A stretch of 63,878 nt of DNA, counting the filler, from Intoshia linei (lineage: Eukaryota > Animalia > Orthonectida), in the NCBI GenBank assembly GCA_001642005.1. It is 6 parts of 6 records of this genome, joined end to end, with 100 filler letters (N's around TTAATTAATTAA, not from the genome) between each part and the next. Parts side by side here need not be neighbours in the genome. Positions count along the whole stretch, not along the records: positions 36,294 to 54,808 come from LWCA01000782.1; positions 54,909 to 63,878 come from LWCA01001404.1; 4 more parts are not named here. The stretch is one strand, 5' to 3'. The translations under genes were made by a program, and so were the position numbers. The number at the start of each line of letters is the position of its first letter. Positions within the stretch are counted from its first letter, which is position 1. The notes beneath the pieces were generated by a model. The model was given only the letters and a program-made list of their open reading frames with translations. It had not been told where the DNA came from and ran no database searches. Positions 53,402 to 63,878 of this stretch are shown piece after piece.

Positions 53402-54808
53402 ATAATAAATGTATAAAATAATAATTATAATTAAATTAATATTTGATAAAAATTATAGAATTTGTGACAATTTTCTACACACTAGTAATGTACAGAATTG
53501 CTTGACGATAATGAAACTTAACCTAAGGCTTAAGTTAAGCACGAGTAAATAAATAAAAAGTTCTCATTATTGTTATTTGTCTGGAATTTATATATGAAAT
53601 ACAACGAATAAATGTCGTTTCTTAGTTATATTCAATTCCACTCATTCAAATATTAAAGAGTAAATTACTCAATAATTAAAATAGATTATAGCAATTTTAC
53701 AAACATTTATATTATCTATTATCGTTATTGCGTGTTATTTATATTTGTTAAATTTATAGTATTGTTTATTTTCGTTTTATCTCACTAAAATTTATAAAAA
53801 TCACTAAATTTAGTACAAGTTATGTTAATGTGTAATTATATTTTAACATAGAATCATTAACGATATTATTCAAAGTTTGAGAGATACACCATTTGGATGT
53901 CGAAATATTGCTGAAAAGCGATCTATAATTGAATTTGGTAGGCCTACACCTCCATTAATAACTACAGCAAATACTCGTAATTTTCAAATGAAGTGGTACG
54001 AAAAAATCGATTGGTTATGTGGAAGTATAGTAACTATGAAAGTATACTGCTGGCCTTGTTTACTTTTTAAACCAAAATTAAGTCAATCTTGGTCAGATAG
54101 CGGATATAATAATTTTCGAAATATTTTANCAATAATAAAAAGCATAATGTAATAATTTATTACTAATAAATGTATAAAATAATAATTATAATTAAATTAA
54201 TATTTGATAAAAATTATAGAATTTGTGACAATTTTCTTACACACCAGTAATGTACATAATTGCTTGACGATAATAAAACTTAACCGAAGGCTTAAGTTAA
54301 GCACGAGTAAATCAATAAAAAGTTCACATTATTATTATTTTGCTATACTTTATGATACAGTTTATCATATGAATTTCTATAAGAAATTGTCTACTCGTTT
54401 CAATTCAAAATGGCACGAGTAAATAAATAAAAAGTTCTCATTATTATTAATTGTCTGAAATTTATATATGAAATACAACGAATAAATGTCGTTTCTTAGT
54501 TATATTCAATTTCACTCATAATTTAAATATGAAGAGTGAATTACTCAATAATTAAAATAGATTATAGCAATTTTACAAACATTTATATTTTATATTATCG
54601 TTCTTGCGTGTTATTTACATTTGTTAATTTTCACTATTGTTTATTTTTGTTTTATCTCACTGAAATTTATAAAAATCACTAAATTTATTACAAGGTATGT
54701 TAATGTGTAATTATATTTTAACAGGATAATTAACGATGATTAACGATATTATTTAAAGTTTGAAAGATACACCATTTGGATGTCGAAATATTGCTGAAAA
54801 GCGATCTA
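53402..54808 (+). mobile_element. Tandemly duplicated 5' end of a ZMYM1/Tip100-like hAT with a TTF-type zinc finger
   Basis: RNFQMKWYEKIDWLCGS..TMKVYCWPCLLF...WSDSGYNNF. Block 53402-53926 is repeated at 54165-54808. Confidence 0.75.
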
Positions 54809-55246
54809 NNNNNNNNNNNNNNNNNNNNNNNNNNNNNNNNNNNNNNNNNNNNTTAATTAATTAANNNNNNNNNNNNNNNNNNNNNNNNNNNNNNNNNNNN
54901 NNNNNNNNAGATAAATTTCAACCTCCCAAACTCACATCTTACGGGTCAAAAACCCCAATTATTCCTTTTTTTGAAAATCAAACGAGTTGGAGAATTTAAA
55001 AAAAAACACACAAAAAAATTCAATCCGAATAAGTGATGATTTAACGGTCAAAAAAGCATTTTAGTATTCATATATTTTTTTCCGAAATATTTTCAATATA
55101 TTTCAAACAATTTTTTAAGTTTTATAAAAAACTTTATTGTTTTGTCAATGTTTCGTGCTCTGAACTCTTTTAAATATTGTTTATGGGTGCGGTAGTTGTC
55201 TGTTTGTATCATCTAACCTTCGTACATTATTTATACGTATTTTTAG

Positions 55247-55384
55247 TTCAACCAAGTTGCTTATCCGGGACATAGTAGTCATATCACCAAGGTGAGGTTC
55301 AGCAAAGATGGTAAGAACTTGTTATCATTGGGAGGAAACGATTGTTCGTTGATTCAATGGAAAATAAAAGTAAAAGAAACCTAA
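55247..55384 (+). CDS. Terminal exon of an echinoderm microtubule-associated protein-like (EML/EMAP) WD40 gene
   Basis: ttttag|FNQVAYPGHSSHITKVRFSKDGKNLLSLGGNDCSLIQWK* is the EML C-terminal signature. The upstream exons are presumably in the gap. Confidence 0.85.
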   Translation, partial: FNQVAYPGHSSHITKVRFSKDGKNLLSLGGNDCSLIQWKIKVKET

Positions 55385-55521
55385 CTTAAAGTACGAATTA
55401 AAAAATTCTTGCTAAGAAATTTAAATTTTAAATAAATATTATTTATATGACTACCAATATTAAATAGAAAATATAATCTTTGATAGTAAATCTTGGATAA
55501 TGAAATTTTGTTAGGTAATCG

Positions 55522-58500
55522 ATGGAATATTCTCAATGTTTGGTGGTAAATCGAAACGTGTATGCATTTATAAAGAAAGACCAGGTTGATGAGTTTTTGC
55601 ACGAATGGCTGACATTTGTGAGACGCGTCTTTGTCAATTCTAACAACTCAGATGTGAGTGATTTGATAGATGAAACTTTTGAGCAATTAATTGAATGTAT
55701 CCATTGCAATAAAAGCGTACCAGCTCGATTAATACTATGTGAATGTTTGACAGAAGCTTTTAAATTCATAAAGAAAAATAGTTTGGAAAAGACATTGACA
55801 TGTTGCCTGGAAATATTGGAAAACCCTAACGAAAAAATAAAAACAAATTGGCCCATAGCCAAACCTGATATTCGGATAAAAAACGCTTGTGCTGTATTGA
55901 ACGTTATATGCAAGTTTAATTTCAAAATGATAACACAGTCAATGTTCAGAAACTTGGTATCTATTTTGATTAAACAATTTAAATGTGTGTCAGATAATGT
56001 CAAGTTGGAAATTATAAAAACAATTTTTTTTTTGGTTCAGGCCTACAGACATAAAGGTGAACCTTTGTACAAGGACATGTACAAATTTTTTAAATCCTTT
56101 CTAATTAGTAAACACCGTTTACTTCGGGAAATGACGGCACAACTAATTCGACAACTTTTGATTTATTTTCCATCAATTATCAAATCTGAAGGATCAAATT
56201 TGTGTCTTTTATGTGTTAGAGGTTGTTTGCAAGGCGAAACGAATTATTTCTCAAATTTAATGGCTCAATTAATGATACATTCTTATAATGAAGATGGGAA
56301 AAGTGTATCTTTCACGGAATCGCTTTCCATAGTATCTAATATTCTAAACAAATCAAAAACATTTAGTACAGATTTTTTTGATGTTGAACCAGTCGTGTGT
56401 GTGATACGAAAAACGTTTGTTCGAGCCATCATTATTTTCGTCAATATCCTTGATTGCGAAACGATTCGGCAAAATTTGAAAGAATTTATGCAAATCTTAA
56501 TTTCCTTATGTTATATGGATCATGGCAAGGAGGAAAAAGTAGATTGTTTTTATTTAAATTCTATATCATATTCTTTGTGGATTTGGAAAGACTTGATATC
56601 TAACAAAACCGATGCAGAAAAGTATACTTTATGTTTTGATCTCGTGAATCTTTTAAAGAATTTTGAAGAAAATCAACAAAAAAATGTTGGATGTGTGGTT
56701 ATTTTGTACTTTTTGGCTTATATAATACCGTGTATTAATTCTCTTACTTCCAAACTAATAGAAAATGAAATTTTGGATACAATTTATCTATTTTTGGTCA
56801 GCTCAATTAGAACCATTTCGGATGGAGCTATTAGTTGTTACATTGTGTTGTCGAAATGTGACTGTGAAATGGCCAATGTGGTAATAGCTCATTTGATGAA
56901 ATGTTTAGAAGGAAAATGGAACGAAATTAATTCAGACGAATTGATGGGTTTGGGTTTAGCAATTTTTTCAATAATCAAAACAACTTTTCAATTAGAATAC
57001 GGAATATCCAACAAATGGGTAGATAAAAGTTTCAATTACGGTATGCAACTCATGAAAAATAAAAAAAACGAACCTTATCAAAAGATGAAAATGTCCAAGT
57101 GTATAGTTTCTTGGTATTTATCTAGTTGTATTTTTTTTTTGGAAACTGAGAAAATAACACATGAACGAAATATATCAACCTCTCAACTTCGGGTATGTCT
57201 TCCAAGCAATGCAGAAAGCTCCTCAAACACTTCTCACTTTTCAAATTTTGTACATGTTTTTTTATCATCAATGACATTTTTAGATTACGTTTTGGTCGAA
57301 TTTAGCTACGTCAACGAAATTATAGATGAAACTGAACTTGTCGATAAAATTTACGCAATAAAATGTCTCAACTTAGCCATTAATCTAAAAAATGTATTGT
57401 TTAAAAAAATTGATATTGTTTGTCTTATCACTTCTGTCATGAAAAATAGCATTGATCTCATTAAATGTCTTTCAGATCGTGAGGAATTTATGAACGAAAA
57501 AATGTGGGATAAATATACAGAATTTCGTTATGAATTCTATTTGCTGGTGAACTCTGTTGTAATTGATTTAGATTTGTCTTGTTTATACACAAATTTCATT
57601 CCTATTCTGATTAATGATATTTTCTATTGCAGTGATTCAGTGTTTCCTACTGTGATGCAATTTAATAGACAAAACTACACAAATTTTATCAATCAAAACA
57701 AGGACATAATTTCTATACTTGATTTTCTACGTCAATCTTTTGTGTGTCATGTAGATTGCAACATTAGTCCAACAAACATTTACTATTATGAAAAAATTGA
57801 ATCTCAAAACTTAAATTTGTGTGTACTAAATTTATCCATTCAAATATTGTCTACAATATACCCTACCCTACCCTCCAAAAATATTAATCAAGTTTTAAAT
57901 TTTTTTTATCAAAAATTTATCAATTTAAAAAAAATTACGTCGACCCGTCGTAATATTTTTATTAAAAATTTGACGGTTTTTATTTACTTGGTACTCAAAA
58001 CGTGGAATAATAATCTTAGACATTTTGCTAGAATCAAGAGTCTTAATTTCTACGAGAAAATTATCAATATTATAAAGACGCTTTTAGAATTTGACGGATC
58101 TGAAATGTGCAATTCAATTGATCAAAATTTAGACATGGTATACATAATTTGTAAATCAATGTCCTATTTGATGATTACCTGTGATTTACCCAACATTACT
58201 ACAAGTACCATCAATATGGTATATAGCAATATTAAAGTTTCTTCAAATATTCGCAAAAGGTGCGCGTATATTACGGCTTTATCTTATATTCATCTTAAAA
58301 CTCGCAACAATGATATTCCTACCTATTTTATAGAAAGAAGTTTTTCTTTGTTTGCCACAATTCTGAGGTCTTTAGACGAACACGAAGATATTATAATTGT
58401 TACTATTGAAGCAACCGCTCAGATTTATAAAAGTGTAACATTCGAATTCCATGCTTACGCGGAAAATACGTTGTTATATTTAAAAAGACATATTTTGTAT

Positions 58501-61500
58501 GCAGAAGGATTGAGGTCCGAGGAAATTTTGATAGCATGTGGCAAATGCGTTGAAATCATCATTAGCGTTTTAGGTCCAGATATTCAGATTATTAATGATT
58601 CTTTGAGTCGTATTAGGGAATACATCATGTTTATTATCAACTTGTTATTATCTGTTAATGAGATTACAAATATTTCCGAGTCACGAATTTTTCAGGGCCT
58701 TAACTGTTTTAGACAAATGCACCTCTTTGCGAAAAAATTTTGCGATATAAAGAATGCCATCGACGTAATTTGCACTAATTTCACTTCTAAATCTGATTTA
58801 ACCTGTTCTAGTGCTCTCAGCTTTTTACTCCAAATTGTGGAAACTGATTGTCACAATTTCGTAGATAATTTAAATCAGCCTTTAAAAAATATCAAATCAT
58901 CTTTAGAGTACACAATGTTTGTGTTTTCTGAAAAACACAGTGACCTCAACAATCAAATTATTGATATTTTGAAAACTATTGTAACTACAAAAGGAAAAAA
59001 TATGATTTACTTGGATTATATAATATCTATTACTTCTAATATCATGAATATTCCCATTTTAGCATCTAAAAATATAAATCTCATACAAGATGGAAATTCA
59101 TCAGATTCACAACTAATTTTGAACAAGAATCATGAAAATATTTTGAAATTCAGTGACAAAACTCAAAGAATTTGCATGAAATTAATTATTATAATAATTG
59201 ATACTTTTAATAATCAATTGATCAAATATCTTTCTTTTTTTATAAAAATTGCATTTATAAAATCAGAAAGTTCATTAAAATTGAAAATTGTGGCTCTCGA
59301 TTTACTGAGGTGTATTATTAGGGTGTTTGGAGATAAAAAGGAACAAGAATTTCCAGATATGTTTGTTTTGGAACAATACCAAGCGCAAATTGGTGCTGCA
59401 CTACGCCCCTCTTTTGTTTTAACCAATGTTGCTCCAAATATCATTTCATCAGCTTCTTCTGTTTGCTACATGTGGATAATTAGTCATTTCAATAAAAATA
59501 ACAACGATTTAACAAAAATGTTTAATTTAATGAAAATTGGACTTGACAATTGGGTGGACCAAGTGGCAAATGAAAAAAATTCAATCAGGATCAGCGATTT
59601 TTCGTTAAATTCCATTTCTGAGGATAATTCCGACTGTAATGAATGGTATAACAAGATTCATCAATTTAACTTTTATGTCCGGTCTTCTACTGCTCTGGCT
59701 ATATTGAATAATTGGTCAAAGGTGCATCATATTTTGCGTAAAAATCAAATTTATATTATTTTAGATGTATATTTATACCAGTGAAAGAGGATCCAATGAA
59801 AACGTTCTAACAGACTTGTTCCAATATTTGGAAGACAGGATTAAATATTATTGTTCACTATTTATTCTTGACTATGCCTTTATTGGTCTTAACGAAGGTA
59901 GCATTATAAATTAATTTTATAAAATATGATTTAAATCTTTTTTTAATTTTGAGCCATTTCAATAAAGATATAGAATTAAAAAACATTGACCACTGCCCTA
60001 ACAATATAAAAATATAATTTCATATAATTGAACTGTATATTATAGTAAATTATTGAAAAGGAGATGATAGGTTGTCGACGTCCATTTTCTAGAGCAGGGA
60101 AACATACGACCCGGATTCCGCCCGCAATAATTTTTGTTATAAAATTATTTTTTAATTTAAAATTTAGATTACAATATTTAATCCTTTACTTATATAAAAT
60201 TGAATGTCTGTCTGTTACTGTATATTCAAAAAATTGACAGTCGTAGAATTTAAAAAAACCCAATTTCTAATACAGTTTTTCACAGGCGATGTTTATATCT
60301 ATTTTCAGTTTATGAATTTTAATCCTTTAGCGTCAAAACACCATTAATAAAATAAGGCCATAAATTTAATAAAATATAAATTCTGGGACGCGTTGTAAAA
60401 TCAGTAAAATTGGCGTAAATTTCAGTTTCATAAACGCACACTTTCATGGTTATCCAAATCAAAACCACAAATTGTCCTTTTGTTTTAAAAATAAAAATGT
60501 CCTAGAATTTTATCAAAAATAAATTCTTATAGATAATATCTTTTCAGAACTGGAAAATGTATAAATTTCCTTAGACATGCCAAAAAAATGTCAGCATTCT
60601 TTGAAGCACATTGTTGCGAACAATTATTCTCCAAAATGAAATATACCAAAAATAATTTAATAACTAATCTGAATGATGCACACAATTTGATATATACAAG
60701 ATTTAAATATTAAAAAGCATCAATCATTACATTAATAAAATACTTAAATTTTTTTTCGGTTCATCCAACTAGTTATAATGATAATCCGACCCGATATCAC
60801 AGAAAGTTGCCCATCCTTTCTATATAGCGACATTCATTTGAGCGACATAATCATGGATCTTACTAATTTATTATGTTTGATTTTTTGACCCAATTTTTAA
60901 GATTTTGAAGATAATTTTGGGATCAAAATTTGGTAAATTTTTTAAGGGTTTTTTTTACCCAATTTTTAAAGATTTGAAGATAATTTTGTAGGGTTTTTAA
61001 AGAATATTTTTTTCTCCTAATTTTTAAAGATTTTGAAGATCCCTTAAAAAGCCTACATAATCTTGGAACCAAAATTATCGTCTAAATCTGTAAAAATTTG
61101 GTGAAAAAAAATTTCTTTTAAAAACCTTACAGAATCTTGGTTTTAATATTATCTTTAGAATCTTTAAAAATTGAGTCAAAAAAGCTTCCTTTAAAAACTC
61201 TACCAAATGTTAGTCCTTAAATTATCTTTAAAGCTTTAAAATTGGGTGAAACGATCAAAATATGATTAATTAGCAAAATCTATGATTATGTCACTAACAT
61301 CGTACACATAATTAATACATCGCTTAAAATTTAACTTAAATGAATGTTTCTCAACTGAATGTTTGCCGAGGTTCTCAAACGTTTTCTTCGGTGTACCGCA
61401 AAATTCGAATCAAGTTTAACATGAAACACACTTTTCAAAATTGGTACTTTTGTGAGGGTTTTCAATGTGCCCACTTTCAATTCAGTATTTTGTATTGAAT

Positions 61501-63589
61501 TTTGTTAAAGTATAATTTGGTGTATTATACTGTATTCACAAAAAATTGATCTCACGTTACGATATATTTTCTAGCCTTCCTGGTATAATATCATTTAGAT
61601 ATAAAGCACACCTACAGATCAGATATCAATTCAGTTTTTTACAACAAAATGATAGAAAACAAAATTTTAAAGATTTTCAACGTTCATATTTATGATATTA
61701 TCTACGTTTATTGTTTAATCAAAGAAAAATTCTGTAAAAAAAATATAATGGATGATAAAAAATTTTCTAGTGGTAATGCAATTTATAACAATACCTTGTA
61801 GTATTTCTAAATTTGATTATTAAAATTTTGTGTTTAGAAACATTTAATTTTGCTCATGAAAACTACATAGATTCATACAGCGTTGATCAAATTTTATTCA
61901 CTACATCAATTAAATTTATATTTGATAGTTCTCAAATAAGCATAAAAAAAATTGGTTACATTATAAAAGGTTTAACGATTCTTTTCGAATGTGGCAAGAT
62001 TAAGGTGGAATCAAATATAATTGAAGAAGTCGTATACATTTTAAATAGGTAAAATTGATATTTCAACAACTTGTTATATAAAATGTAGATATATTATTGG
62101 ATCATTTGTCGTTATTGAAAATGTATCAGAAATTGTTGTATTAGTTAAAACAATGATAGAATTCCAAATATCAAAAGCTCAAGAAATGGCAAAATTAAAT
62201 ATATTATTTGATGCGTATATTGAAATGTTTTTTGCAATCTTGAAAATTTATTTTCATTTTGATTTTGACAGAAAGTATCATGTGAATGATGTATCTGTTT
62301 ATGAAAATTTTATTCGATATTATAATTTGGAAAATAATATAAGGAACGATATTTCAAAAAAAACAAATTTATTGGATGGATGCTTATCTGTTTTTGAATT
62401 ATTCATTATCAATTTAAAACATTGTAATTTTAATTTTAGTTATTTACTAATTGAAATGTAGCTACAGAACCATTTACATTAATTGTCACTATTACTATCA
62501 AGATAATCATGAAATGTCCTAAATTGGAAAATGTTCAATCAAAATTTTTGGTTAATATAATCAAATCACTAAAATTTTCACAGGAATTTATTCCCGTGTA
62601 TCATTCTCTCGTGTTTAGTTTAATTGTAATGTTCAATTCAGGTATATTTATTTCAATATAATGGAATATATATTTATTGACTTGTCAATTGAGGTCATTA
62701 CATTAAAGGAAATGGTTTTTTTAACTCAGTAAAAAACTATAAAGTACAGCTAAGTGCTTTAAAAAAAACTCAGTAAAAAGAATTTTGTTAAAATTTACAT
62801 TACATTACAAAAAATTACATAATAATTCTAATATACGGCGAACGTTCAATTGTGTGATATTCATTGAGCGACATAATCATAGATTTTACTAATGAATCAT
62901 ATTGATTTTTTCACCAAATTTTTAAAGATTTTGAAAATAATTTTGGAACCAAAATTTGATAGGGTTTTTTATATGATGCTTTTTTTCACACAATTTTTAA
63001 AGATTTTGAAGATAATTTTGGTGGATAAATTTGGTAGGGTTTTTAACGGATATTTTTACCATTTCAAGATATATTCAAATTATTGAAATTGAAATTTTAT
63101 ATAATTGTACATTGTATTGACATTTTTGAAGGTGAATTTATTATTTTTAGAAGGTTCATTAGCCAAATGTGCTTGTTGTAAAATTGCTGTCCATGTATTT
63201 GTAAACTTACCACAAAATGCTTATCGTAATTTTATTGAAGGAATAATCTATATGATGCTACATATCTACGAAAAAGAATCAAATGTATATTTTTTTTAAT
63301 TATTTTTATCAAATTTAGTTAATTTGCTTTGTCGAATGTTTTGAGATTATCATCAGCACTTCAACAATTGTTAAACCTTTTATTTACAATTTTTTACCTA
63401 TTCTACTTCAATCAATATCATCTCTACCTCATTTATATAACAGAAAAATATCAATTGAAATTATTAACAAATATATATTATATTCCTTTCGAATTATTTT
63501 AAAAATTGTCAAAATCCATCAAAACTCTTCAATAGGTATATTCTACAAATTGACACTAAAGTAATGTAGAACTCATTTTGCCACTTTAG
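55522..63589 (+). CDS. HEATR5B: HEAT repeat-containing protein 5 (AP-1 accessory, Laa1/p200)
   Basis: A 4200-nt first exon (55522-59721) with N-terminal F..EWL.F, LGPDIQ, CFRQMHLFA and EFPDMFVLEQYQAQIGAALRPSF. Further exons at 59765-59897, ~61599-61772, 61802-62048, 62089-~62420, ~62462-62641, ~63153-63284 and 63319-63535. The 3' end is approximate. Confidence 0.88.
60182..60772 (+). mobile_element. Non-autonomous Helitron-like element nested in a hAT-like MITE (HEATR5 intron 2)
   Basis: A|TCCTTTACTTATATAAAATTGAATGTCTGTCTGT ... CTAG|T shows a 5' TC, a 3' CTAG and insertion between A and T. A related inverted copy lies at ~48240-48720, and the same 5' end occurs at 47611. Confidence 0.65.
60835..61300. 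mobile_element. Foldback-type MITE; partial second copy at ~62860-63065
   Basis: TIRs gcgacataatcatggatcttactaat / attagcaaaatctatgattatgtcact, with internal aatttttaaagattttgaagataatttt repeats that invert at the centre. Confidence 0.7.
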
Positions 63590-63878
63590 GCCAATGTTGT
63601 TTTGGGAACCATTTTAGAACAGGTTCATCAAGTTGAATGTTTAATTTAATATATTTTTTTAATAATATTTTCGAAATAAAAAAATTAATATTAAAGTGCT
63701 ATTTTGACTGTTAAGACGTGACTTTGTCAGATTGAAAATTTATTGTGTGTTAATAGGATATTAACTATCTTCTGTAATTTTTTTTAAAATTGTAGAGCTG
63801 TTTTCATTTTTAAAAAAAAAAGGGAATTTGTGGTTTTGATTGTGAAAATTATATTTTTATAGGTTGTCATTTATAATA

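Noticed and set aside
53402-54808. Tandem segmental duplication as a biological novelty
   Set aside because: It is bounded by an internal n (54129) and a gap, and it is TE-derived. It is likely an uncollapsed repeat or haplotype.
55533-56003. Antisense or alternative-frame ORFs over HEATR5 and other genes (e.g. 542-790, 49762-50097, 59214-59444)
   Set aside because: These are shadow ORFs of real coding sequence with no independent features.

Overview
This is very AT-rich animal genomic DNA from a draft assembly. It has five 100-nt scaffold gaps, each carrying a TTAATTAATTAA spacer. Spliceosomal introns are mostly tiny (about 34-55 nt), with a few larger introns filled by transposons. This style resembles compact parasite genomes such as orthonectids, but the organism is an inference only. 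Genes assembled by hand from GT-AG exons: IQCA1/DRC11 (5' part), an ARF/ARL GTPase (3' end missing), a multi-TM orphan, a claudin/PMP22-like tetraspan, the C-lobe of an HRI-like eIF2-alpha kinase, a two-domain LAMP-like protein, a secreted orphan, mitochondrial SSB, mitochondrial peroxiredoxin 3, a low-complexity orphan, the last exon of an EML/EMAP gene, and HEATR5. The rest is decayed mobile DNA: hAT (Charlie/Buster, Tip100-like, hATm-like), Chapaev-3-like, Tigger/pogo, Ty3/Gypsy, a CR1-type LINE, a Helitron-like repeat family, foldback elements and MITEs. I see no clear prokaryote-style novel system. The best leads are a Prx3 with Arg at its catalytic Thr position at a NAGNAG acceptor, an operon-like EML-HEATR5 junction with splice acceptors just before several start codons, an exon-duplicated hingeless two-domain LAMP, an mtSSB with a bacterial-like acidic tail, and recurrent GANTC-centred palindromes.
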